A stretch of DNA of 64,000 nucleotides from Pocillopora damicornis. Lineage: Eukaryota. Location of the stretch: the NCBI RefSeq assembly GCF_003704095.1, contig NW_020844379.1:62001-126000 (forward strand), given 5' to 3'. This document shows, piece by piece, positions 52,646 to 64,000 of the stretch. Every line of letters begins with the position of its first letter. Within the stretch, counting starts at the first letter, position 1. Under the pieces are notes generated by a model. It did not search any database. It was not told the origin of the DNA and saw only the letters and a program-made list of their open reading frames with translations. The position numbers were made by a program, and so were the translations under genes.

Positions 52646-54084
52646 TCGTTTATCAAATAGGCGTTGCCTCTTGTTGACAGATTTATTTAATGACAAGAAT
52701 CGTGATTAACATTAATAATATAGATTGATTCAAAAGCGTTAGATTATTATATTTCGAGTCAGTTTTTCACCAGAATCGAATTGAGAAAGAAGTTATTTTG
52801 TTATCATTTTTTTTTGTCTCTAAATCCTCTTGCCTGGAGAATATGCTAACCTGTAAAGTGAGACTGTTGTAACGACCCGCCACAGAAGTAAGTTTACATT
52901 GAAGGTTTTGAATTTAGCTACGAGATTAAGACTTGATTTACGTTTGTTCTGATTGCGAATTATAAATGTATTTCTTTTAGATCGAATAATTATTAAAGCT
53001 TGGCTTGATATTATACGGTTTGTGGTGGTCATTTGATCTAACCAGTTCCGAGTAAGGAAACAGGTAGTGTCATAAAGCGTAATGGTGGAGCAAAAAGGGA
53101 TATCCAGAACCGACTGAACAAGGCAAAAGGGACCCCAAATCGGATGATGGACGTCCGAAGTCAGCACAGTACAATAGGAGAGGAATGTAAGGTTACCATA
53201 GCCACTGGCACTTTGTTTGTGGTACAACATTGGAAGATCTTCGTAAATTGAACGATCTAAGAGCTCGCTCTTGAACCGTCTGCACTTTTCAAGTTTCAGG
53301 AGTAGCCAGGGAATACCTAATAAGTGACCATAAATTGCCAATAGATTCCCTTATGCTAATCGAGCGGTTTAACAGTATCAGTCCAAATGAAGTAGATAAA
53401 AGAAATAAAAATGGCCAAAATGCAAGCGTTGGGGGCCTACAATCACCAGGGTATGCAAATGTTTTGATGTTAATTCGAGAGTTAGAAATGCAAATATTTT
53501 TAGAAAATTTAAAAAATGCCTAACTTGTAATTTGTTCTGGATGAGTGAAATTGTTTTCTATCATAGAACGAAATCAACGAGCTTCAGTAGCTTTTCAGTT
53601 TCGGAAGGAAACATCGAGTCTGATCTAGTTGAAGCCCTCACTACATTTGAGCGTTTATTGAAGGGAGACGAAGTCGCGTCGCAGATCTCAGAAGTTTTAC
53701 TGATCGCTGTAGTAAGGAGAATCATGTTTACGTGACTTTATCTCAACACGTAAGAGTTTGTCCGTAATTCACGCTTGCTGCTTAGCTTCCTAGGCGTCAT
53801 TTGATCGATATCAGTGTAACGGTATGTTCTGTGGTTTCTGCTATACATGTTAAATTAACTTTTAGAGGAAATCCTTCGCATTCGACTTTAAAAATAACTA
53901 TAAACGAAATTTATGTGAAATCGTCGAGTAAGGTTGTTAGATATATAGAGACTTCAAATGCAAATCTGTTTGCATGTTTTGCTGGTACAACCTAGGACAA
54001 TACACACTTCAAGCGAAAGTTCAGGGGAAATTATAGAGTAACTTGTCTTGTTTTCTCATTGAATTCTTGCAGAAAGCTCTAAAC

Positions 54085-55380
54085 ATGGACGTGGAGGAAA
54101 CCATTGCTACCAACAACTCCATCTTACCTCGAACTGAGTACGATGATAATTTCCTCGTAGATTTCACAGTCGTGGAAACTGCTTTTGCTGCTTCCGCTTT
54201 GCTCGTCATCATGATAGCGTGTTTAACAGGAAACCTTGTCATTTGCTACGTGGTTTTCCGCAGTAGACGAATGTGGACAGAAATGAACATGTTCATGGTG
54301 AATCTCGCCATTGGTGATATCGCTATGACTTTTTTGTCTATGCTATCTCCTCTCGAAACTGCTTTAATCAGGAAGTGGGCATTTGGCACGGGGCCTGTGT
54401 GTCAGTTAAACGCCTTCTGTACCTCTGTCTTAATTTGCAACACAATATTTACGCACACTGCAATATCAATTGACAGGTTTTTTGCCGTGGTAAAGCCAAT
54501 GGAAAAAATTATGACTAAGAGAAAAGCGTTTTTTAGCATAGCTGGTGTGTGGATGTTATCAGTGGCTATTACTATTGGACCTATGGTCGGCTGGGGTCGA
54601 AATGTTTACAACGCCTCAACATTACAATGCGGTTTTAAATTTCCTGAAAATGAATTTGAGAAATTTTACATCTTATGTCTGGCTGTAATCGCGTTTTTAC
54701 TACCCTTAATTATCATGAGCTATGCATACATACGAATTTATATCGTTGTACGGAATCATACAAGGCGATTGTCAACTTCTACAATCGGTAATTCTCAATA
54801 CTCTTTAATACAAAATCAAGACAGAATTGTCTTAACGTTTTTCCTCGCTTTAATTGTATTCATCATTTGCTGGACACCATTCTTTGTATTCATTGCAGTT
54901 GCTGCTTCAGTTTCTTCCCGGGAAAAAATACCACGTGGCTTAGGAATTGCAGCTTACTGGTGTGGCTTCATGAACTCTGCCATAAATCCTTATTTGATCG
55001 GCTTGAGGAGTGAGAAATTTTATGATGCATTTGTAGCTGTATTTTGTTGCAGATTTCATTCCTGTAAATGTAATTCAAATGAAAGAAAAAACGAAAGCAC
55101 CAATCCAAACGATCAAATGCTTTGCACAGATGGGAAAAGAGAGTCGCCATTAGAACAAACATCACAAATGGCACATGTAGGAGATGACTATGCCAATTCA
55201 TTTTTGAACATGGCTGCTGTTCCTGATACAAACGCAACTCAAGAAACGTCTGCTAAAATAACAAACGACGAGAAGACAAGACATCAAAGACGACAAGGGA
55301 GAGATGAAACCCCAGGGGTTATATATCCTTGTTATATCCATATGGTCGATGGAAAACTCTGGAATGAGGCCATTGTTTAA
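54085..55380 (+). CDS. Orphan rhodopsin-like (class A) GPCR, single coding exon, about 431 aa
   Basis: Seven hydrophobic helices; GN (TM1), NLAIGD (TM2), WAFG..C, SIDRF (TM3), W (TM4), LPL (TM5), FIICWTPF (TM6), NSAINPYLI (TM7). AAACATGG start just after the acceptor at 54072. Confidence 0.93.
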   Translation: MDVEETIATNNSILPRTEYDDNFLVDFTVVETAFAASALLVIMIACLTGNLVICYVVFRSRRMWTEMNMFMVNLAIGDIAMTFLSMLSPLETALIRKWAFGTGPVCQLNAFCTSVLICNTIFTHTAISIDRFFAVVKPMEKIMTKRKAFFSIAGVWMLSVAITIGPMVGWGRNVYNASTLQCGFKFPENEFEKFYILCLAVIAFLLPLIIMSYAYIRIYIVVRNHTRRLSTSTIGNSQYSLIQNQDRIVLTFFLALIVFIICWTPFFVFIAVAASVSSREKIPRGLGIAAYWCGFMNSAINPYLIGLRSEKFYDAFVAVFCCRFHSCKCNSNERKNESTNPNDQMLCTDGKRESPLEQTSQMAHVGDDYANSFLNMAAVPDTNATQETSAKITNDEKTRHQRRQGRDETPGVIYPCYIHMVDGKLWNEAIV

Positions 55381-55890
55381 TAACCGTATTACTGATATTG
55401 TTCACGACGGGCCTTACTTCAAGTTTGACGGATAAATGCTGAGAGTTCAGATTATACGAACAAAATATGTCACACTATGTCTACAGTCATAGGGGAAAAG
55501 CAAATTCTAACGTAGGTCAGAGCCAAAAGTCCAATGAAAACTTTGAGTCTTTTTGCTGCTAAAACATATTTTACCAACTAGAGCCCAAGTGCCACGCTTC
55601 ACAAGATAAATTTTTTCCGTTCTTCGTCTAGGTCGTACTCAATTAATTTTTCTACGAAATTTAATAACAAAGCTACTACTAAATCTAATATAATTCTTGC
55701 AACACGCTGCTTTGATTAAAATGCTAAAGGTACCATCAAATCTCTTAAATCTACAAGTCTGATCCACAAGTGATGTAGGATAGCGACACATCGGCAGAAA
55801 TATTGGACAAGATGGCGGCCGCGCTTGCGCATTTCCTCCATAATGGCGTCCAAATAATATAGGAAACTGTATGGAAATTTGTAAAATTTC

Positions 55891-55990
55891 NNNNNNNNNN
55901 NNNNNNNNNNNNNNNNNNNNNNNNNNNNNNNNNNNNNNNNNNNNNNNNNNNNNNNNNNNNNNNNNNNNNNNNNNNNNNNNNNNNNNNNNN
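55891..55990. other. Assembly gap (100 N)
   Basis: Run of n. Confidence 1.
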
Positions 55991-58883
55991 TGGCGATGAG
56001 ATAACTTCAAGTCAGTTTGAAGCTTTGCTGACTTGATCTAGTTTGCCTCACGTATAAACTAACTAGGAACCTTAACCTAATCAACCAGAATTTAAATCCA
56101 ATTTGAAGCTTGAGTGTTATGTTGAGAGAGAGATGGGAGCTATGCTGGAAAACAGGTTACGCAGAGGAAATGGTACACTAATAGCATTTGAATGATTCTT
56201 TAAATATTTCACAAATAAGGCCCGCGAGCGTATCATCTTATCTTTTATTGATGAGTCTCTCCTTCCGTGAGCAGTATGCAAGTTTGACTGTTTTAATTCA
56301 TATTCAATGCGTCGAATCCCCCAATACTTTTTACCTTACTCCGACTTATGCTCTCAACTAGTTTATTCCTTTACAGGGCTACTGATGAGATTTAGCTTTC
56401 GTTAGGGAGCTGTCCAATGTCTTCTTTTCACACAAATGATTTGTGAAATCACTTCACACACAGGCGTCGCATATAGAAAAAACAAATGGTGCTCTTAATA
56501 AAATACCCCAATCTAATTATTTGCCACAGCTCTTACTTACAGCTAAATTTGGGTGATGAAGCAATAGAACTCTTTAATTTGACATGACTGATTTCAGAGC
56601 TGCAACCTCGATATGGGATGGGGTAATTCGAGAGCCAATGAAAATTAACCATTAATAAGAGCTAGCCAAACCCGACTCCCGCTTCGCTTGGGTTTCTCCC
56701 GTTTGGCTGAAAAAAAAGAGGAGGATTGCCAAGGAGGTTCTTGTTGTGAACGTTCCGTTGCATTTAATTCACTACCAAGGCGGGCTGTAGCGTTATCAAA
56801 ACTTTGGAAGGCCGTATTTTGCTTCGCTTTTGCCACACAGCATGTTTACCTTATTTCAGCTGTACATCAATTGCGCTCATTTTCCGAATCTAATCCATGC
56901 ATACCTTTACGACATATCAACCCTTAAAAGTGCTGTTCACGGATAAGACAATAATCCTCTGCTGCATATGCTGTTCCTACTAGAGATTATCACAATCATA
57001 ACACAGTCAGTATGAGATAGACCAGTAAGTACTTTCCTGGCTAGATGCAAAGTCAACTTTAAACCTTTAAAGCCTCGTTCAGTGAGATAACTTGCTCATC
57101 CAACACTGAATCAGTGAGTGTTTGTAGTGAGTCCAGTCTCTTTCCCTTTAATACTTCTTTAATCAAAATTGGGCCAATCAAAATCTTCAGAAATTTAATA
57201 GCCAAAGACAATTCTTTAGGAACCAGGTTTTCATACTAGAAGACAATTTCTCTTTAGAGGGCACTTTTCTTTGATGAAACTCGGCACCATTTTGTTTATA
57301 AATGTTCTTTACTTAGACATATAAAGCTGATTTGCACAATTAATTTGTATTCCTTCAAGTTCTATCCTTGTTCAGTTCTGAACCCACCATCACATACTAC
57401 TACACCCCATAAGGGAAACACAATTTGAACCATTGTGTATTAAACCACAACAGATACTGTCTAACATCTACACTTAAGAGCTGATCCAAATCAGATTTTC
57501 ATCATTGTGCATTTAACCATTAACAATAGCTTAATTTTAATGTTTAATGTAGCCAAGCTCACACTTTTCTTTACCTTGTGGATAATCACAGACTGGAATG
57601 ATTTCTTTTCCATCTCCACCAAGGTTACTTCCTAAAACCTTTAGCCCTTCAGTCAAAAGGCTGTAGTAAATTATGAAATACCCCTATAAAGACTCACTGC
57701 AAGTGTAAAGTATGCCATTCAAAAGGTACCAATGAACATACCTCAAAAATTACATTGGTAGATGGAGAGGAAGTTTTCATTTTAGGTAACCACTTTTAAA
57801 AATAAAAGTTTGAAATTTTAACCACCAAAGCTTACTGCAATGTGAGTCAAACATCCAGTTCATTTTTCAAAATAACATTTGAAAAATTGTACAAGTAGTT
57901 AACCATGCCCTAGTTTGGAGGAGTCATAATTATTTGAATCAAACAAGCATTCACAAGAAAATTTGTGAAAAATTCAAGGAAATCTATGAGATATTCAGAA
58001 AGCTAAAAAATTAGGGGCAGTCCTACATGAAGGAAGAAGAATGTTTTAGACACCATGTAGTTTTAATATCCATCAATTAAAAGTATTTGTGAATTTATGA
58101 CAGTAACTGATTTCTGTGATGTGCAAAAGGAAACCTAACTTTATCAAATTGCACTCAAATGTGCCTACATTCCATGTGGATGCTACCATTAAAAATTTTG
58201 AGATCCTTTGTGATCTGTTTGGGGAATGAATGACTGGAATCTTTGTAAAAAGGCATTCTTGACTCAAATGACAAGTTTTAGCATTAACCAGAACAGCAGC
58301 TTTTTGTGACATATGCATTATAGTTCAGGCCAAGTCACAATGATGTTTCTCCTTTTTATTTGTTGCATTCATTGTCAAATTTTGAGTACATTTGAAATCA
58401 GACTTTGACCTTTTTGTTTATTCTTAAGAATCTTGGAATGCTGGTAAATTTCTTCCTATTGTTTTAAAGGCTGAGAAAGATAATAACTAAGTTTTGCAGC
58501 ATTCTTCTCCATTCACAAAGAAGGAAAAGAGACCAATAACACCCAGTTAAATCTGATCAAAATTTTAAAAAGGTATACATACAAACAATTGAGTTATCAT
58601 ATTATAGTGTTCACCGAAAAAATACTACTTGTTTACTTCAAGCACTGATAACCAACCCTGTAAATTTAGTCATCCTGATAAATCCTTTAATAATAAAAAG
58701 AAAATCTGACAAATTACCTCATTAAATACCTATAACCTTTAAATCACTTTCAATTACAATTTTTCTCTTAATTAGAAATTCAATGTTATGAAAAATCATT
58801 TAACAATTGATATAATTAGGCAATTAATGTATGGATCCTTTAACTAAATAAAATAATTCATTTGTTGGTATTGTTGTATTTCA

Positions 58884-61316
58884 TTAATACACATACTGTC
58901 CAGGAAACTTCATAATATAGCTTTCTTCAACAGGATTTGAAGACAAGCTCTGTGTTGATATACTAAGAGCTCTACTTTGAAGTGGAGTGCTAAGTGAATC
59001 CAGTACAGTTAGTACTTTGGAATTGAATTCTAGTGTTCTGGTACTTGCATCATCAGCAATTTCACTAAAACTTGAAACAAAATAATTGGCATCTTTACCT
59101 CTCTCCTTTACAACTCTTGATGATTTTTCTGACACAACATCTTTCAGCATTTGAAATGTTATCCTCTCCTTTGGTGTTAATGGTTGAATTCCAGGAGGGT
59201 TTGCATCAAGTTCACTGTTGATATTGGATACCACCGATTCATTTTCAAACTGATCATTTAAAACCCCTTTTAGGGGTTGGTGTTTGTACGGTGTCTTCAG
59301 TAATCTACCATTATCTGCCATCACAGGAAAAGCCTCTGTAATGTTTGAAATATCAAACAGAAGATGTTTAGGAATGCTGTTGGCTGAAATCACATGGGAA
59401 TTGGCTGCAGGTTTCAAAGCTCTTTCTGGAGTCAAAAAGTCAGCTTCCTTCTCTCTCAGATGGATGATGAGTGAAATATAATCTTTGAGAACCTGATTTC
59501 CTGTCAGCTGAGCAACCACACTGAGATAACCTGCCACAAGTGCATGAAGTGCACAACGTATCATACTTGGTAACACCAAGTCATCATCTAATGCAACTTT
59601 CTGCAATCCAAATGTCATCTGTACCACACTGGAAATCAGTTCAAGGTCATCTGCAACCTCTGTAGTAATAACACCCATGGTTAAATAGATGGCTAGAATA
59701 TTATCTACTGAATTTGAAAGCATGCAGGCACTTTCAAACAAATACCACAGTATTTCATCCTTGTTCTTTCTGAAGAAAAGGAGTTCCTGTTTTGAGCACT
59801 GTTCAGTGGTTAAGTCAATCTTCTTGCTTCTTTTCAGGATGCCATTTGCACCAAGTTTGTGAATGTTTTCATGACGATCAAACAGTGTGTAAAGAATCTC
59901 ATGAGCCAGTCTTCTCACAGTTGGGTCTTCAACAATGGTTGCTTGAAGTAGAGATTCCAGAAATGTTGGAGAAAAGGTAGTTGCCAGGGAGATGGAGTTG
60001 AAGCTCTGTGCAACACTAAGAAGACATTGGAGAAGCATTTTCTGCAGCGCACTATCCCCTTCTGCAATATTGGCATGCTTGTGATTTTCTCTTTTGACAT
60101 ACTGCTTACTTTCATGTCTTCTATCTGGCAAGGGAAATTTTCCCATTATGAACATCATTATATCAGTTTTCTGAAAGTCAGGCAGGACTGCAGCAAATGC
60201 TCCAACAGTACTGACCAAAGACTCTTCAAATTCTCTCTCATCATCATCATCATCACCATCGCTGTGAGAGTCAACAGAGGACCGTAAGTGACGAAGAAGG
60301 GTGTTGAAAACTTCCAGCACTGCTGGACCTATGGAACTGTTGCTTGCAATTTTAACACAAGCTGCTAAAACTTGCACAATACTGGCTTTCACTTTTGCCT
60401 TGTCTCTAATGTGATTATCCAGATGTGACAGAAGATTCTCAATGACGATGTAGTTAAATTGATTTTGTACTGAGTACAAAATGATCTTGAAAACTTTGAG
60501 TGCAAACTCATTGGGTACCCAAAGCTCGCTCTTATCAAAGTGAGTTAACACTGGATTCACAATTGATTTAATATTTCCATAACTTGCTCTGTTAATTAAT
60601 TCTCTGAGGCATGATTCTGCTAAAGAAGCTGGATCCTCTTCAGTGGTGGAGGCCTGAAACTGTTGCTCACTTGAACTTTTGCCCTTACTGCTCTCTTCCA
60701 TCACGAACAACAAAGACGGAACAATCTTAGTCATATGAGTATCATCCATGATGTTGGCTTGAAGGTCATCCGACACAGTTTTCCGTACAACGCCTTGTAA
60801 TCCCTTTAACCCAGCCAAACGAATCCTGAAGCAATCTCGTTCATTTCCAGAGCTAAACCAGCACATCGAACTAAATTTAGAGACGAAAAAATCGTAGCGT
60901 CGATGATAGGATGGGGTGTCTTCCTCAATATTTGCAAACTTTACGAAGGAGGTGCTACCAAGAACTTGTAGTTGGGCCTCTGGGCTCTCAAGTAGTTTCT
61001 GTACCATTTTCAGAAAACTTTCTACGAATAAGTTTAAATTAGGGGCATGACAAGCCAATAGAAGCTGATCAAGGGCTTCCACGGTGATAAAAACGAACCC
61101 CAACCTTCTACGTTCCACGTCATTGTTTAATTTCTTGGCCAAATAGGAACCAATTCTATCCAATTTTTCAGGCGAAGAAAGGGCGTAAAATATTAGCTTG
61201 TCCATGTTTGCTTTCACTAAGCCTTGACGTGGGTCAGCTGGATATATATTATCAACTAATCGCTTATACCGTGGTCGTAAATTACCAACACAGGAACAAA
61301 TGTGAGAGCTCGCCAT
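58884..61316 (-). CDS. EFR3: Protein EFR3 homolog (PI4KA plasma-membrane anchor), uninterrupted 810-aa ORF
   Basis: N-terminal palmitoylation Cys cluster, then LRPRYKRLVDNIYP, MDKLIFYALSSPEKLDRIG, LNLFVESFLKMVQKLLES, SFVKFANIEEDTPSYHRRYDFFVSKFS, GLQGVVRKTVSDDLQ, ITFQMLK and C-terminal MKFPGQYVY. Confidence 0.97.
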   Translation of the reverse strand: MASSHICSCVGNLRPRYKRLVDNIYPADPRQGLVKANMDKLIFYALSSPEKLDRIGSYLAKKLNNDVERRRLGFVFITVEALDQLLLACHAPNLNLFVESFLKMVQKLLESPEAQLQVLGSTSFVKFANIEEDTPSYHRRYDFFVSKFSSMCWFSSGNERDCFRIRLAGLKGLQGVVRKTVSDDLQANIMDDTHMTKIVPSLLFVMEESSKGKSSSEQQFQASTTEEDPASLAESCLRELINRASYGNIKSIVNPVLTHFDKSELWVPNEFALKVFKIILYSVQNQFNYIVIENLLSHLDNHIRDKAKVKASIVQVLAACVKIASNSSIGPAVLEVFNTLLRHLRSSVDSHSDGDDDDDEREFEESLVSTVGAFAAVLPDFQKTDIMMFIMGKFPLPDRRHESKQYVKRENHKHANIAEGDSALQKMLLQCLLSVAQSFNSISLATTFSPTFLESLLQATIVEDPTVRRLAHEILYTLFDRHENIHKLGANGILKRSKKIDLTTEQCSKQELLFFRKNKDEILWYLFESACMLSNSVDNILAIYLTMGVITTEVADDLELISSVVQMTFGLQKVALDDDLVLPSMIRCALHALVAGYLSVVAQLTGNQVLKDYISLIIHLREKEADFLTPERALKPAANSHVISANSIPKHLLFDISNITEAFPVMADNGRLLKTPYKHQPLKGVLNDQFENESVVSNINSELDANPPGIQPLTPKERITFQMLKDVVSEKSSRVVKERGKDANYFVSSFSEIADDASTRTLEFNSKVLTVLDSLSTPLQSRALSISTQSLSSNPVEESYIMKFPGQYVY

Positions 61317-61527
61317 TCTCGTATCTTTTTACTTAAAGTGTCCCTCAAGTACCCTTAATACGCAGGCGCTACAACAGCGGCACCCGTTTCTCCTTGCGGG
61401 GAAAGTGGGGGAGGGTACGGCTAAACGTGACGTAGGCCAATACTTGAACAATGTCCCGTCGTTCAAAGGGTCGCTGATATTGGGCGACAAAGTGAGTCAC
61501 AAAAGGCTTGGGATCGAGAAGTTTACA

Positions 61528-64000
61528 TGGCGGAAGATGACAGTAATGGACTACTTTTGCAGCGAAAGCGATTAGATTTCTTCACAAGCGAGATGAATCT
61601 ACAAATAGCATTTTTTTTTCATTTAAGGTGCCTAAAGTGACTCACGTTGCTAACAGTTTGACGAGTAAGTGTCAAACAAGGAAGATGAACGCTGAAAAAG
61701 GGGACAATGAGGAGCCCAGGTAAGGCTATTAAAATGTTCCTGGATCGAGGGGGTAATTTTGTAATGAGGGAAACACTCTGGATCTTGATAGATGTTCAAC
61801 TTTTTTATGTGTTTGCATGATGATTAAATTTGCGATTAGTTCAATACTATACTCTTTTGATTGCAAAATGCATCTGAATTGACTGATGTACATCTTTACG
61901 ATGCCATGTCGAACAATATTAGTAAGAGAACTCAAGTCACTATTGATTGCCTCAGTCCAACATACTGACGGTGAAACTGATAACAAATTGTAAAATGTGG
62001 TAGCATTTAAAAACGACCAAATAAAGACATAATTCCAAAAAATTGAACCTAGTATGGATATTGAAAGTATCTTGTTGAAGTTTTTTTACAGGAAAAATAT
62101 CTAGAGGCCCGGGTATTTTATCCACTCAATGTGTTAAATTTCATGCATTATTAGGCTGATACGTTGGTATACTGCAATTCATTTCTACATGATATGCGTT
62201 CAGAGTGCCTGTCATTAAATAGAAATCTTAAAAAACCGATGAAGTTTGCCAACTAGATTGATAGATCACTGAAATTTAAATGGTGGATTTAGCTAAAGCT
62301 TGCTGTTGCAGAGGTCCTTGCAACTGACTCCCAGTTAACCTTGCACTCCACATAATACTAAAGAGAAGAGTTATTATTGGTGTTGCAAAATACAGTTGAA
62401 ACTCTGAAATATATACAAGGATGATCAGAAAACATTCACAAAAATAGTAACACCTTAAATTGATATTCTGATTTAAATTGTCAAGAAAACAAAACAGGTA
62501 TGTGCATTGTGTGCTTCAATTTATACGAGGCTGGCTATTATTTTTTAGTTTAAGTTTTCAGAAAATAAATCAATCATGGAAGTCACCTGCTTGAGCAAAA
62601 TGGCTGTTAGTGGAGCTTGAATGCAGACACATTTCTATACAGATTGTCTACTTAACCTTGCAAAAGGCAATAGTAGGGTTAATATTATAGAAAAGGTTTT
62701 GAATTTCATAATTCTAACCCAGTTCATATAAGAGTAGCTCCAGGTGGTATTCACTTTGTATTTACAAGTTAGTCTTAAGTTTCAGTTATCACTTAATTTA
62801 TTGATTGTGCTGTATTTATAAGATTTGGACCAAAAATTGTTTGCAATTTTCATCTCTTAAATTTTATGTTACAAAGTGGACCAGTTGGAACAATTAAGAA
62901 GACTTTGGGGAAGGTAATGGTGGATCTTGAGTTTGCTTCTGTCATCTTAAAGGGGAGAGGGAGGGAGGAACTCACCAGAACTTAGCTACCAATATGTAGT
63001 CCACTGTCTTCATCAGAAAATACTAAGTTCATAATCAACATTGAGTTTCAGGCTTTCATTATTCTCTCTAACCAAAAGTAATGGTCACAACTTTTGACCA
63101 AATATTACTTAACACTGTAAATTACTGTTACAAACCTCTCTTGAGATAGTTTAGTTACAGAGCTGAATAGCCAGCACCATTATTTCAGCATCTTGTGAAA
63201 AGGTTTGATAAGAGAGACTCAGTTTTGCTTGTATATTAAACTGACTTGATATTTATTTTTTTCATATCTATAGGTAACCTCTGAAGGCTTGATTGAGCTC
63301 CCTCCAGGTACATTGTGAGTGTAGGTTAATTTATTATAAAATACTTGGCTGCATAGTATTTTTAAAGGTATTGGATGTCAAATGCACCAGTCTTTGTCAA
63401 TGATGAAAACAAGTGGCCTTCTGTTGTTGCTTCTGTCTGTTAGTATGGATCCTGATCACCTCAACAGCCCATTTATTGAGTTAAAATGGTGAAAGATAGC
63501 TGATCCCCATAAGGAAAGAAAAGAGCTCAATCTCAAATTCAAGTGTCTATGATATATCTTAATATCTAAGGCCAATAAATGAAGTGTTAAAAGTAATCCT
63601 ATAATACTTTAAAATATACTTTAATGGTAATCTGTTGATGCGCTATAGTTGGCACAGTCTCTAAAAAGACTATAGATATCTTTATGAAACTGTATCTCCT
63701 AACATTTTATTAACACAGTGGTGAACTTTGTGTGATGCACAAAGAGTCTGGATTTAATAATTTAGTCCATGTTGTTAAGTTTAAAAAAAATTTTGCAATT
63801 TTTTTTCCAGAAAATGTGCAAATTTCACCCAAAGTAAATATACCTACCTTCCTTTGGATTTAACTGTTCAAGATTGGTCTTTTTGTACTTTAATGTTGTA
63901 GAGCCTGGTGCTGTTAAATTTGAGTGTCAAGGTATTTCAAGGCCTAGTTCCAGCACAGCTGTCAGAGTTGGGAGTGCAGGACGTGTAGAGAGGAGCCTTC
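61528..64000 (+). other. Possible 5' exons of an unidentified gene divergent from EFR3
   Basis: CpG-rich spacer of about 210 bp, then ATGGCG at 61528. Exon-like AG..GT segments 61629-61720, 62092-62112, 63273-63306 and 63902 to the end; the last two join in phase (VTSEGLIELPPEPGAVKFECQGISRPSS). The earlier pieces do not join cleanly. Confidence 0.35.

Noticed and set aside
52820-53341. 173-aa minus-strand ORF
   Set aside because: Non-ATG start, no recognisable domain; lies in the GPCR upstream region.
54043-55380. GPCR as an opsin
   Set aside because: Position 7.43 is Phe, not the Schiff-base Lys.
61812-61890. C/D box snoRNA (ATGATGA..CTGA)
   Set aside because: Terminal stem is only 4 bp and no rRNA or snRNA complementarity was recognised; such boxes arise by chance in AT-rich DNA.
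103-61986. Most of the 60-170 aa ORFs in the supplied track
   Set aside because: They are intron read-through of real exons, antisense shadows of real genes or low-complexity AT-rich noise, many with non-ATG starts and no motifs.

Overview
AT-rich, intron-rich animal genomic DNA. Gene content and repeat types suggest a scleractinian coral (inference). There are two 100-N assembly gaps. Genes assembled by hand from GT-AG splice sites and reading phase: a STAT5/6-like transcription factor (minus strand, 21 coding exons visible, SH2 end runs off the left edge), TMEM170 (+), a universal stress protein USP (+, middle exon probably in a gap), ZNF830/CCDC16 (-, 11 exons), molybdenum cofactor sulfurase MOCOS (+, 11 exons, head-to-head with ZNF830), a heparan sulfate 3-O-sulfotransferase (-), an orphan class A GPCR (+), an intronless EFR3 (-), and possible exons of an unidentified + gene at the right edge. 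Introns and intergenic DNA hold decayed Penelope-like, RTE-like and CR1/L2-like retroelements, a tRNA-SINE, MITEs and a foldback element. Most notable: six TTCnnnGAA (GAS) sites within about 780 bp upstream of the STAT start codon, suggesting autoregulation; minimal hammerhead ribozyme motifs in sense orientation inside host introns; a spliced alternative reading frame covering all of TMEM170; sharp CpG-depletion boundaries inside genes; and intron architectures of EFR3 and ZNF830 opposite to their human orthologues. No database search or folding computation was run.
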